Shown here: piece by piece, positions 12,628-24,911 of the stretch | Layout: every line of letters starts with the position of its first letter | Numbering within the stretch: the stretch's first letter is position 1 | DNA from: Octopus sinensis | Taxonomy: Eukaryota | NCBI RefSeq assembly: GCF_006345805.1 | Contig: NW_021826279.1 | Span: 1 to 48,666 of the forward strand | DNA length: 48,666 nucleotides | Direction: 5' to 3' | Notes under the pieces: generated by a model | Told to the model about the DNA's origin: nothing | The model's input: the letters and a program-made list of their open reading frames with translations, nothing else | Databases searched by the model: none | Made by a program: the position numbers and the translations under genes

Positions 12628-12900
12628 ACGGGAAGCTTTATGAAAATAGACAAAAGACGTAGGCAGGTTTACGGAAATAAACAAAAGACGAAGGCAGGTG
12701 GAATACAAACAAACAATTATATTAGTATGGCGCTCAGGAATATAAATAGAACAAGTCTTTAACGTTTCGAGCCTACGCTCTTCAACAGAAAGATACGCAG
12801 AGAAGAAACACAGAAAGAAGGAGAGAAAAAAAATGCGTGCAGAGGCTAGCGAATCAACATGGCGATCTGATTTCGGCCAGAAGTCAAAGATCAAACGTGA
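12628..12900 (-). mobile_element. Short non-coding insert next to (TA)n carrying a hammerhead variant
   Basis: 12756-12793 minus: TCTTT-CTGTTGA-A-GAGC-GTAG-GCTC-GAAAC-GTT-AAAGA. Homologous to the 34230-34420 and 15694-15890 inserts. Confidence 0.7.
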
Positions 12901-13075
12901 GACATATATTATATAGAGGGTACTATTATTCATAGGTACCGCACGCTAGGAGGGACTTTTGCAGTCAAAACTACTAAAATAAACAAATTGTACCGAATGC
13001 AAAACTTCAAAGCAAGTCATTTAAAAACAGAATTTAGTTACATATCATTATTCATAGGTACCGCACGCATGTAAC

Positions 13076-13111
<36 letters not shown>

Positions 13112-13113
<2 letters not shown>

Positions 13114-13492
13114 ATTGGTGCTTATTATCTCGGTCACTCTATTACCGCTACGGTACGGAGACGTAAACGCACCAACACAGATTGCCAAGCGGTGGTGGTG
13201 ACGGAGTAACACAACCGCACGCACTCGCGCACACACACACACATACACACACACACACACACACACAAACACACACACGCAAACTCATACACACACACAC
13301 ATTTATATAGACAATGGGATTTTGTGGGGTTCCAAATCCAATCCACTCACAAGGCTGTAGTAGAAGCCACTTCCTTAGCCAGGGTACCAGGATGTCGGGC
13401 AATTCTTTAGCGATGGTGCCAGGGAGTCGGGCTGAGCCCGGAGCCATCTGGCTGGGAAGTAAACTTCTTACCACATAGTCATGCCTGTGCCT
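13112..13492 (-). mobile_element. SINE family A, diverged
   Basis: Reverse complement of head aggcacaggcatgactatgtggtaagaagtttacttccc, internal (CA)n and 3' segment. Confidence 0.75.
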
Positions 13493-13947
13493 ATATGTTT
13501 GAAATTTAGCTACCATCTCTAGCTGGGAGAGTGGCCGCATTTTAAGCGTCATATAAAAAGAAAGTTTCTGTAAAAGTGTAATAAAATGAGAAATTTTCAA
13601 AAGTTAAACAAGATGCAAAGATATATAGCCATCAATACACACACATGCGCGCGCATACAGGTACGCATATACACACGTGTGTGTTATTGCATGTATTGTG
13701 AGGCTTGTAAAATATATATATATAAATATTTTCTGGTATAGAAGTCAATACGGTGAGTGGGAGAGGTCAGTTATAATTGTGTGTGTTTGTGAACATGTGT
13801 GTGTGTGTATGTAAGTGTATGTGCATACGCATGTGTATACGTACATATAAATGCATATATATATATATATATATACCCATTTATAAATATGTGTATATAG
13901 ATGTATATATAAGTGTATGTATATGTATATATATATATATATATATG

Positions 13948-14017
<70 letters not shown>

Positions 14018-14104
14018 ATATGTATGTATATATATATATATATACATACATACATACATAATTATGTATGTATATACACACGCATATACACATGTATATT
14101 AAAA

Positions 14105-15059
14105 GAAGATTATAGACTCTTTTACACTTGGAAATCTTCTGATCGCAGGATTGGTAATCAAAGAAATTGCTTTACATTCCAACAATGATGAAATGGAAAA
14201 ATAATGCTTTGAGATAAATAAAAATCTAGAACATATCCTAATGCCGACAGCAACAATATATTTTGCCTTCTTGTTACCAAAGTTCAATTGCGTTTTTCAG
14301 TGTAATAAAAAAATGTTGATACACAAACAAGATACAATCTTACAAACATTTGAAATTAATATAATGGCGTAATAGAAATGTATACATAAGAACTATTCGA
14401 ACACTCTTTGGCAATTTGAAGAAGAAAAGCAAAACCACCCGGAGGAATTGTGGAATAAAGTGGTTTTGGAAAATAAGAGAAAATATTATTATTATTATTA
14501 GAAAAGAAGCTATAGAAATAAAAAGGAAAAACTGTTGAAGTGGATAAGAGAAAAGACAATGCATAAAACTGCCGAAAGAAAGATCTGTGAAAGGAAATGT
14601 TACGACATCCTATAAATCGAACGTATGATACCAACAGCTGAGCCGTAAAATTTAAACTATGATAGGAAGAAAAGAAAAATATTATGATACAAGAATGATA
14701 AGCAGGAAAAAATCAACAAAAATTTCAGATGAAATTGGAGAAATTTCAATGAAAAAATTTACAAGAAGAATATAACATAATGTTGCTACAAATTTTTACA
14801 AAGCAGTGAAGCTAATAACATGAAGATTTGCAGCAAGGAATGATGTTATCAAAGACAAAGATGGTGATATGTTTTATGAAGTGAAAGATATAAAAGAATG
14901 ATGGGAAAGAATGCGGCTTCAACTTATAGAATAAGACAATAGATGTTAGTCAAACAGAACCTAATCAAAAGGACGGAATCCGCAAAGCGATATAAAAAAA
15001 ATCTTAATAGGAGGAAAAGCTCTACTGCCAATGCCTAAAAGTAACATACACACACACAA

Positions 15060-15093
<34 letters not shown>

Positions 15094-15480
15094 ATACACG
15101 AACACTGACACTCATACACGCGCGCGCGCACATACATACACACATATAAAGAAAACAATTGAAATGTAGGCATGAAATATCTGAAGAATAGCTGTCCTGG
15201 AACAGATGACATAGCAGCAGAATTTTGGAAAATTGGTAAAGAATGAAGAGATATCATTGCAGTTCTTACACTGTCTGTGCACAAAAACATGGAGTTTAGA
15301 TTTGCGGTCAGATAGTTGATGGACAACATCCAAAAATAGCCAAAGGAATCAATATTGTTTTGTGTTATCTTTTGTTATTCGTAGAGTTAACAAGTTTCGT
15401 CGGGAATGTGAATTGTTTTTGATCGACCACCAAGAGCTTTCGATAAATCATTCTATTCTCTCAAAACTATGGTAGGCTTC
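14105..15480 (+). pseudogene. Decayed RTE-type LINE ORF (endonuclease end to RT start), interrupted by microsatellite
   Basis: [16 protein letters not shown] (14114), FYKAVKLIT*RFAARNDVIKDKDGD (about 14794) and LKNSCPGTDDIAAEFWK (15181) occur in the expected order. Confidence 0.7.
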
Positions 15481-15641
15481 ATTGAATGTTCTGAGACCGA
15501 GCGGGAGTACAACAAGCATGCAACCTTTTGTAATGTTCCTCTTCCTCTGTTTAACAACAACACACACAGAAAGTGCAATGAAAAGGGCTTAAGAAGGATT
15601 TAAATGTACAGTTAAAATTGATGGGAAAACAAGCCTCCAAA

Positions 15642-15693
<52 letters not shown>

Positions 15694-15697
<4 letters not shown>

Positions 15698-15890
15698 GTA
15701 ACCACCTGTGAATCGTTGGCGATTTTTTTCCCTCTCTCTTTCTTTCTATTGGACTTTCCTCTGTCTCCTGTTTCTGAAGAACAGGTTTGCTCGAAACGTG
15801 AAACCACCTTTCTTTCCTTCCTTGAGCGTCTGCTAATACTTTACATGTACCACGTCCTTCCTTCATGTTTGTTCTTCGCTTTTTGGGATA
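15694..15890 (+). mobile_element. (TA)n-flanked short insert with hammerhead motif
   Basis: 15770-15804: GTTT-CTGAAGA-ACAGGTTTGCTC-GAAAC-GTG-AAAC, then gagcgtctgctaata; (TA)n on both sides. Confidence 0.65.
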
Positions 15891-15900
15891 TATATATATA

Positions 15901-16602
15901 AGTAAATAAATGGTACAACGAGGCACCAATATTTACTGGAAAATAGCAATCGTAATAAATACGACGCTATAGTATAGCTTCACTGGGTATATACTAGTAA
16001 AGACGCGTGTGTGCAACAAACATGAAAAAAATTTGAAGAACATCTGCAAAAGGGAAAACCTAGAATCGGATAATGCAGTAAATATCGGTGCCTCGTTGTA
16101 CCATTTATTTACTTTTATATGTATTATTTTACCCTTACGGGCTATCTTTTACTGGAAAGCAATATTTTCGTATTGCATTATTATTTTCATTGAAACTTCT
16201 TCACTGTTATCTTTCTGTTAACGTTTTGGCGTTCAGACGAGTGTACTGGCATAGATGTGGCATCATATGAAATTTTGCCCAGGTAGATGCAGCTGATGAG
16301 GACAAATCAAATCTACGTTGTCAAACGTATTTGAAGAGTCTGCATTATCCGATTCTAGGTTTTCCATTTTTCAGATGTTCTTCCTAGAGGTAAGATAAAT
16401 TTTTTTCATGTTTGTTGCACACACACGTCTTTGCTAGTATATACGCAGTGAAGCTATACATTAGCGTCGTATTTATTACGATTGCTATTTTCCAGTAAAT
16501 ATCGGTGCCTCATTGTAACATTTATTTACTTTTATATGTATAATTTTACCCTTACGGGCTATCTTTTACTGGAAAGCAATACTTTCGTATTGCATTATTA
16601 TT
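15901..16602. mobile_element. Composite insert with inverted arms plus a 110-bp direct repeat
   Basis: 15901-16078 is the reverse complement of 16340-16530 (one 14-bp indel); 16076-16185 repeats directly at 16493-16602; (TA)n at both ends. Confidence 0.9.
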
Positions 16603-16686
16603 ATATATATATATATATTGGTAAAACGGTAAGATAACAAAAGAAAGAAAGAGACCTCAATATTATGTAAATAGAGGAAATTTATC

Positions 16687-16863
16687 TATACAATAATATG
16701 TTACATTACTCGATAGTCAAGATAAAACTCTGAGTTTCAGATGCCGAAGTGGAAATCCACAACACCATCTCTTCTAGCCAGATAACCGAAGATGGTGTTG
16801 TGGATTTCCACTTCGGCATCTGAAACTCAGAGTTTTATCTTGACTATCGAGTAATGTAACATT

Positions 16864-16873
<10 letters not shown>
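16687..16873. repeat. Perfect 84-bp inverted repeat with 19-bp spacer
   Basis: 16687-16770 is the exact reverse complement of 16790-16873 and runs into (TA)n. Confidence 0.97.
16781..16839 (+). ncRNA. Hammerhead-like motif (CCGAAGA variant)
   Basis: GATAA-CCGAAGA-long hairpin-GAAAC-TCAGA-GTT-TTATC; helix I GATAA/TTATC is perfect; U4 is changed to C. Confidence 0.5.
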
Positions 16874-16898
<25 letters not shown>

Positions 16899-17084
16899 AT
16901 ATATATATATGAAAGAGTATAATAGCCAAAAGATGCAGCTTATATCATATGCTACCCATGTACGTTTCCTCATTCTGGTTATTTGCATCCTCAATTGTCG
17001 GTGATACAAATGCAACTGGATGCTGAATCACACCAATTCATTTGAGGAAAATTTTTATTGCATCATTTTTTTTGCACAGATTCG

Positions 17085-17275
17085 CCAAGGAAACTGCTTA
17101 GTGACATTTCGTCCATCTCCCTGTTCTGTGTTCAAAGTCCCCGTCGAGCTCGACTTTGTCTTACATCGCTTTGTAGTCGATAAAATAAGTGCCACTTGGA
17201 CACTGGAGGGTTTATGTAACCTACTTAAACTTTACCCCGAATCTACAGGCCTTGTGCCACAATGTGAATCCATTA
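17085..17275 (+). mobile_element. SINE family B, old copy
   Basis: tgcttagtgacatttcgtcc...gtcgataaaataagtgccac...caggccttgtgcc. Confidence 0.75.
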
Positions 17276-18067
17276 TTTTGTACACGGATCAAAAGCTATT
17301 GCAAGACCGAGCTTGCATCTAGTTGCACTTAGAACATCAAAAATGCACGAGCCTCAGATTACTACAGTGGTGAAATATATGGAGGGAACAACTGATATAA
17401 ACTCGTGTTGATCATAATTTCTTCTGCATTTGTATATCACAACAAGTAAAACCGATTAGTGTAGTTTTGACATGAATAAATATAACTACGATATATTTCA
17501 CATTGTTACTAGCTTAGAAGCATTGTGGAGTTTAATCAAGAAATTGATTAGAAAAATAAGATATCATGTAGTTCATTCACTAATTTTACGCAGAACTGAA
17601 CCAATAATTATCTTGGGATCACCTGATGAAGATAATCTAATATTAATCGAGAATGAGACTGTCAAAATAGTCGTTCACTTTTTATATTTCTTTGAAATAT
17701 TGTTAGAAATCAATGTGATAACAGCAAAGGCATAAAAAGAAGAATTACACCCACATGATGTTGCCGTTATCGCATCAAATCATATTTGGCAAAAGAATAC
17801 AACAATAAGCAAAGATAGCAAATTGAAATTGTTGTGTCTTTCGATATTTCCGATAAAATATTTTGTAGATTTATCTGCGTGGTTGAAATTGCACTAGATT
17901 CTTTACAAAAAATAATAAAAACACTGAAGAACAAAAAACAAGGTGTTTCCAAGAATTGTATTATGGAAGCTGTGCAAAAAGAAAGATAAATCAGTATACG
18001 CTAAACCAACTTGAAAGTTGACACGAGAATACTTAACGACAATGCAAACTTCATATAATGACGATAT

Positions 18068-18158
18068 CCTTGGCCTGAAGAGTAGCTTGTGGTCTAACAC
18101 TTGTTTGGATAATTTACCACTTCCCAGGTACCGCTAGCTATGAAACATATGTAGGAGG
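18068..18158 (+). ncRNA. Type I hammerhead ribozyme-like motif with long helix II
   Basis: CTGAAGA 18075-18081; helix II GTAGC/GCTAT; GAAAC-ATAT-GTA with palindrome ACATATGT; distal helix I CCTT/GAGG. Same family as the 2251-2478 arms. Confidence 0.7.
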
Positions 18159-18297
18159 CCGGATGTTATCTACACTAACTCGTAAGTTTTGGATATGTAT
18201 ATATTTCTCTTTAAATATATATATATAAAGAGAAATACAACTAGTTTTAAATCTCTGAGAGAGAAATATGTAGCATCAGTAACGAAAAGCAAAATCT

Positions 18298-18581
18298 ATT
18301 CGCCAACACAATGTGGCAGTCCTACATAGGACGATGTTATTGCTTTTTAGTCCCTTGGAAACATCTCTAGCCGGCGACTGTCTTGTACTGAGTAAGGTAA
18401 ATATCCTAGGAACCATTGAATTACAGGTACCGATAACGCTAGAAACGGAGCCATAAACTCCCTTGCCCACGGTATACGGACACAGACGATGCGTCGGTAG
18501 TCAATTGTAGAAGATGTTTTCCTGGAGCTAAAAAGTAGTAACATCGGCCTGTATAAGACTGCCACATTGTATTAGCGAAAT
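18298..18581. mobile_element. MITE-like element with imperfect inverted repeats of about 70 bp
   Basis: 18298-18366 versus reverse complement of 18512-18581, roughly 80% identical by eye. Confidence 0.6.
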
Positions 18582-19113
18582 GACTTCACTATATATATAT
18601 ATATATAAATATATCTAATATATTATATATATAATATATATATATATTATTCGTGCTTTCCTCCTATTTTGTTTCACGTATTCTGTATTTTTATTCGTGT
18701 ACATCGTTCGTTTTCCGTCCTTGTGTTGTATACATTCGAAGCTTTCTTCCAAGGGATCTAATGCGCTTGGCTTAGATTTCCCTTGGGGGCTGCCCCAGAT
18801 CGTAGCAATCTCAAGATTAATCAGCCGAAATTGCGAAGATAATCTGGTTCTTGACTGATGACTGGGGGCTTCGAATGTCCCGTCCTGTGGTTCTTGTGTT
18901 CTTGTGTCGTCTCCTTGGCGTTTTCACGTTCTCTGTCCATGTTTGTATTTATTTTTAACTGTTTACATATATTAAATATATATATATATATATATATATA
19001 TAGATATATATACCTTAGTAAAACACATAACATGTGAAACAAGGTGAAAAAAGAGTACTCAAATACCAGTGGTAGAGTAATATGTTTTATTTTAAGCACA
19101 GAAAAAATTCAAC

Positions 19114-19160
19114 AAAATCTGTTACTCTGAGTTTCTCGTTGCCGTTCATCAGACAGTTTT
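19114..19160 (-). ncRNA. Type I hammerhead-like motif (left-arm copy)
   Basis: Reverse complement of the 20322-20368 motif. Confidence 0.6.
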
Positions 19161-19746
19161 TGCTAGAATGGAACCGATATATCAATTCACTCTAGACTCT
19201 TACAAACGCTACACACCTTTAAAAAGAAATGGACTTGTTTGATTGGCCCTTTAGAAAAAACGGTCAATCTTCGAGCGATAAACAAAAAGGGTCAAATATA
19301 CGTATATATATATATAAAAAAACTTATAAAAATTATAAAATCCGAGGAAAAAACCTTACATTGAATAAAATACATATTGACGTTAATGAAGAAAGTGCAA
19401 ATTAAATGCATAGAAATTAACCTGTTATAAATATTACACTGCATACATATTTATATTAAAATGTACATATATATATCAAATACACCAAAGGATGCGCGCT
19501 AACGCCATACATATACAGACGTATGAATATAAATCTAAATATACACATAAATGCATCCTTTTGTGTATGTTGATATATATATGTACATTTTAATATAAAT
19601 ATGTATTGCAGTGTAATATTTATAACAGGTTTAATTTCTATGCATTAATTTGCACTTTCTTCATTAACGTCAATATGTATTTTATTCAATGTAAGGTTTT
19701 TTCCTCGGATTTTATAATTTTTATAAGTTTTATATATATATATATA

Positions 19747-20174
19747 GGCGCAGGAGTGGCTGTGTGGTAAGTAGCTTGCTAACCAGCCACATGGTACCGG
19801 GTTCAGTCCCACTGCGTGGCATCTTGGGCAAGTGTCTTCTGCTATAGCCCCGGGCCGACCAATGCCTTGTGAGTGGATTTGGTAGACGGAAACTGAAAGA
19901 AGCCTGTCGTATATATGTATATATATGTATATGAGTGTGTGTGTATATGTTTTGTGTTTTTGTTTCTGTGTTTGTCCCCCTAGCATTGCTTGACAACCGA
20001 TGCTGGTGTGTTTACGTCCCGCCCGTCACTTAGCGGTTCGGCAAAAGAGACCGATAGAATAAGACTGGGCTTACAAAGAATAAGTCCCGGGGTCGATTTG
20101 CTCGACTAAAGGCGGTGCTCCAGCATGGCCGCAGTCAAATGACTGAAACAAGTAAAAGAGAAAAAGAGAAAGAG
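19747..20174 (+). mobile_element. SINE family A, full length and young-looking
   Basis: tRNA-like head with B-box-like gggttcagtccc, CORE-like gcatcttgggcaagtgtctt, internal (TA)/(TG) tract, (AAAAGAG)n tail, inserted in (TA)n. Confidence 0.92.
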
Positions 20175-20321
20175 ATATATACGTATATTTTTGACCTTTT
20201 TGTTTATCGCTCGAAGATTGACCGTTTTTTTCTAAAGGGCCAATCAAACAAGTCCATTCTTTTTAAAGGTGTAGCGTTGTAAGAGTCTAGATTGAATTGA
20301 TATATCGGTTCCATTCTAGCA

Positions 20322-20368
20322 AAAACTGTCTGATGAACGGCAACGAGAAACTCAGAGTAACAGATTTT
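20322..20368 (+). ncRNA. Type I hammerhead-like motif (right-arm copy)
   Basis: CTGT-CTGATGA-A-CG-GCAA-CG-A-GAAAC-TCAGA-GTA-ACAG; helix I CTGT/ACAG; triplet GUA; base of helix II is A.A; AATAAA about 25 nt downstream. Confidence 0.6.
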
Positions 20369-20396
20369 GTTGAATTTTTCTGCTGCTTAAAATAAA

Positions 20397-20446
<50 letters not shown>

Positions 20447-20609
20447 GTATATATATATATATGTAAATGTATGTATGTTATGTATGTATGTAATGTATGT
20501 GTGGTGTGTGTGTATGTATGCAGTATATGTATGTATGTTATGTATGTATGTATGTATGTATCATGTATGTATTCATGTATGTATGTGTGTATGTATGTAT
20601 GTTTGTATG

Positions 20610-20649
<40 letters not shown>

Positions 20650-20869
20650 GAGAAGTAAAAGGAATTAATAAATCCAAGCAGATATCTATAAAATTCTCAG
20701 TGCTAAAGAAACTTGGCTAACGCTATCAAGCATTCAGAATCCAGTAAGTGCAACTAGACTAAACATCCAAGGTAATTCTTCATCTATGACAAGCAATTCC
20801 AAATATTGCTTCGATGAATTTCATTGATATTTATATCATGTTCCTAGAAGAACACAACTCGCTTATATT

Positions 20870-21330
20870 CAGCACAGTCACCGCCAAAGATGGAACTGTC
20901 TCATACAGTTATGACAGCATTACAACCGGGTTCTGCAACAACAGAAAATCCATATAAATGTAAATGAGATATATCTTGACTGTGGTTAGGTCTTCGATAA
21001 AGCTAAATACAGTCGTATAGAAAAACTAGAGGAATTTCTGCACGATTTTTTGAACGGTTGGATTTAGGGTATTTGCTGCCAAAGGTGCTCTTTCTCTCTG
21101 AGGACTATATCTTTAGCCGAGTGCCTCAGAGGGCTGCTACTTGGATCATTACTGCTTATGGTGGCTTCTTCTGACATACTCACGGCCATTCAGTCGCCCT
21201 CTCACACTAGCTCTAGTTAAGATCAATATTTATGTGAGGCAGTGGAGAAACATCAAGGCTAATGCAAAACTACAGAAACACCTGAAGTGAACAATATACA
21301 GTTGCATGCTGAAAACTTTCAAGCGCTCCT
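20870..21330 (+). pseudogene. CR1/L2-like reverse transcriptase relic
   Basis: QHSHRQRWNCLIQL*QHYNRVL...VNEIYLDCG*VFDK (cf. QHGFR..RSC.TQL...D.IYLDF.KAFDK), then frameshifted VPQR/LLLGSLLLMV at 21121 (cf. VPQG..LGPLLF). Confidence 0.7.
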
Positions 21331-22625
21331 CCATAGCTGAAATGCAGACTTCAATGACTTTACTCCAGTAATAAAAGCTTGTTTACGTTTGATGTAAGTG
21401 GATTTATTCTCCATAATGTGGCCGTAGCAAGAGATATGCAACGTTCAATTCGACAACACTAGATGGCAACAGACCACCATCAAATATGGCGGCCTCGGCC
21501 TTCGATCCCCAGTCTTACCGACACTGCAGGCTTTTCTCTCGTCGGTGATCTCTTGCCGAGTCCTCATTAACAGGATTCTTTGCAACACATCTTCTCCATA
21601 ACGTTGTAATACTAAAATGAGTTATTTAAGTCTGATGGCACTTAACAAAGACTTGCTGAATTTATCCCGACAGATATTCTAATGAAATTATAGCCAGTAC
21701 AGACTTTTGCTACGACGCTTTGTATTCGAGTCAGATGTTAATACTTAAAGACGAAACAGTCATCAGGTTTTTGCCCACGCTAATAGAAAATGCTACGTTA
21801 CTTAATCAAGGATTAAGTTGCTGTGATTGGAAATAGTAGACAGTGATGTATGAAGCTCCCTCCATTTCAAATCGGAATCTATCTTGTTTGAACGTCAACT
21901 GTTATCAGTGAAGACATGCTGCAGTCTTGCAATTATCAAGCTATTACGTAATCATTGTAGAGAATGAATTCTAATCGCAAAGAGAGCCACGTGCAGCTTT
22001 TAGCTTCTCTAAGAGTTTCTCTTATTGTTCAGGTTCTGTTAGTATAGAACAAAATGTTTCCAATGCAATCTTTCAAAAGTAGCATTTTAATTATGTCACC
22101 TGATTGAACGATTGCAAATAACGCAAAATGTGCGTTGGCTACTCGCGTTAATTGGTGGCTTTGTCGAAAACTGTTTCTTTTGTCCTCCATATTGCTTCTC
22201 ATTTATCAAAATTCTGAGACAATAGGAAGCTGCAGCTCTGAGATTCCAGATAACATTGCGCTATTCAGATCACTAACAAATATTTACATTGGGTATTACT
22301 TCATCGATTTTTAGGCTCAATTTTGTTCGCGTCGTTTCGAAAACCTCTCAAATATTGAAGAATTGCCGAAAGGCTAACATTGAAAATTCCCACGTTGCCA
22401 CCATGTTTTAATAGCAGAAAATAGGTTAGACACAATTCTCCAAGTATTGTTCTTGTGTACACAGCATTTTTTTCCAGACAACGCTTTACATAGAACAATA
22501 TGAATATACACACATACATACACACACATACACACACACATACATATAATATATATATATATATATAGTATATTATATATATTATATATATCTGCGTACA
22601 AACACATAGACACACACACACATAT

Positions 22626-23095
22626 CTAAAGGTCGATAAATTAAGTACCAGTTACGCACTGGGCTCGATGTAATCGACTTAATCCGTTTATCTGTCCTTG
22701 TTTGTCCCCTCTGTGTTTAGCCCTTTGTGGGTAGTAAAGAAATATGTATTTCCTCTGCCGCTACCTTCTGAGCTCAAATTCCGCCGAGGTCGACTTTGCC
22801 TTTCATCCTTTCGGGGTCGATTAAATAAGTACCAGTTACGCACTGGGGTCGATATAATCGACTTAATCCGTTTTTCTGTCCTTGTTTGTCCCCTCTATGT
22901 GTAGCTCCTTGTGGGTAGTAAACAAATAGGTATTTCGTCTGCCGCTACGTTCCGAGTTCAAATTCCGCCGAGGTCGACTTTGCCTTTCATCCTTTCGAGG
23001 TTGAGAAATTAAGTACCAGTTACGTACTGGGGTAGATCTTACCTACTGGCCCCCTCCTCCAAAATTTCGGGCCTTGTGCCTAGAGTAGAAAAGGA
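22626..23095 (+). mobile_element. SINE B head-to-tail multimer, period about 184 bp
   Basis: Junction gtagtaaa(g/c)aaata(t/g)gtatttc occurs twice (near 22746 and 22930); the last unit ends in the short tail gggccttgtgcctagagtagaaaagg. Confidence 0.9.
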
Positions 23096-23724
23096 AATTT
23101 AAAGAAAGCTAAACTATGAACGCCATAAAAATGCAAATCATCTTTTCTTTCTTAAATAGGTCCTCTTAATTGTTTTCCATTCCGAAGAATTTCCACGGCT
23201 GCCATTTACAAAAGATATGTGCAATATGTGCAGAAATATATATATGTGTGTGTGCATGCATGTATAGGTATGTATGTATGTATGTATGTATGTATGTATG
23301 TATGTATGTATGTATGTATGTATGTATGTATGCATGTATGTATTATGAGTGTGTGTGTGTGTGTTTTATGGAGAAGACTGATCACAGTAGGCCAATAACA
23401 ACGAACATACTCAAACTCACAGACACATAAGCAGGCACACACAGACACACACACGCGCGCAATATACACACACATACACACACACATGTATATATATACA
23501 GATGCACACACACAAATTCACCCATATATATATATATATTCTTATAACACCATGCATCAATTTTATGTGTGTATTAAATCATATAGATTAGTCTGCAAAT
23601 CATACTCGAAGTTGTTGCAAAGAATACAGCTACAATTGTATATGCCCATAAGGCACACACACACACACACATAGACACGCGTATGCAGATACATCACGGA
23701 CATAGATATCAGACATATATCAGG

Positions 23725-23787
<63 letters not shown>

Positions 23788-23880
23788 CATATATATATAT
23801 ATACATATGTTTTCACTGTGCATACATGTATATTGGATGTTTTCATCTTGTCATCTCTCTATTGGTTATGTATCTTATCT

Positions 23881-23914
<34 letters not shown>

Positions 23915-23938
23915 ATATCTATCTATCTATCTATCTAT

Positions 23939-23981
<43 letters not shown>

Positions 23982-24806
23982 TATATATTATACATATATA
24001 TATATCTATAGTATAATATATATTTTATATATATGAGATATATATATAGGATATGTATATATATATGTATATATATATATATATATACATACATGCATAC
24101 TACATACATACATACATACATACATACATACATGCATGCATACATACATACATATATAAAATATGATATATATGCATATATATATAATATATGTATGTGT
24201 ATTATAATACATATACTACGGGTATGTATGTGCTTGTGTCTATGTGTGTGTGCATGCCTGTGTGTTTATGTGCGTGTGTGTGCATGTGTGTGTGAGTGTG
24301 TGCGTGTGTAAAAAGCAAAACTTTAAATGTAAAAGCGCCACAAATGATAAGAAAAGAATAGGAAAATCCTGCGAGCTCACCAAAGTGAGAATAATGTTAT
24401 TTATTACCTGATTCCCAAATAAAACAATCAAAGCTACAAAGCGTTCTCTATTGGAATTTGGTTCCACCAATTCTAAGTGGTCAGTTACTCTCCATCGCGA
24501 GACATCCAATAACGGTATTTATTCTTTTGCTTATTACTTTGCGAAAATATATATACTATACTTCAAAGGTTCTTGTCTTACTCGGCGTTCCCGTCTTTTT
24601 AACTTCAAAAGCTATCTATGAATGTATAAATGTGTATCGACGTGTGTAGGTGTGTGTGTGTGTGTGCTTGTGTGTGTGTGTGTGTGTGCTTGTGTGTGTG
24701 TGTGTGTGTGTGTGTGCTTGGGTGTGTGACGGGGAGAGAGATGGACATTTGTACTAATGTATATGTGTATATGAATATATTACACTCGAGCAATACAAAA
24801 TATGTG

Positions 24807-24851
<45 letters not shown>

Positions 24852-24911
24852 ACGCACGCATATCAACACACACGCATATACATATTGTATTTATATATGG
24901 ATATAAGGATA

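Larger units (their letters stand above)
19086..20396. repeat. Large palindrome, arms about 410 bp, 57-bp spacer, right arm interrupted by a SINE
   Basis: 19086-19495 pairs with 19553-19745 plus 20175-20396. Confidence 0.95.

Noticed and set aside
22626-23095. CRISPR-like repeat-spacer array
   Set aside because: The units are near-identical SINE multimers without unique spacers, in a eukaryotic context with no cas genes.
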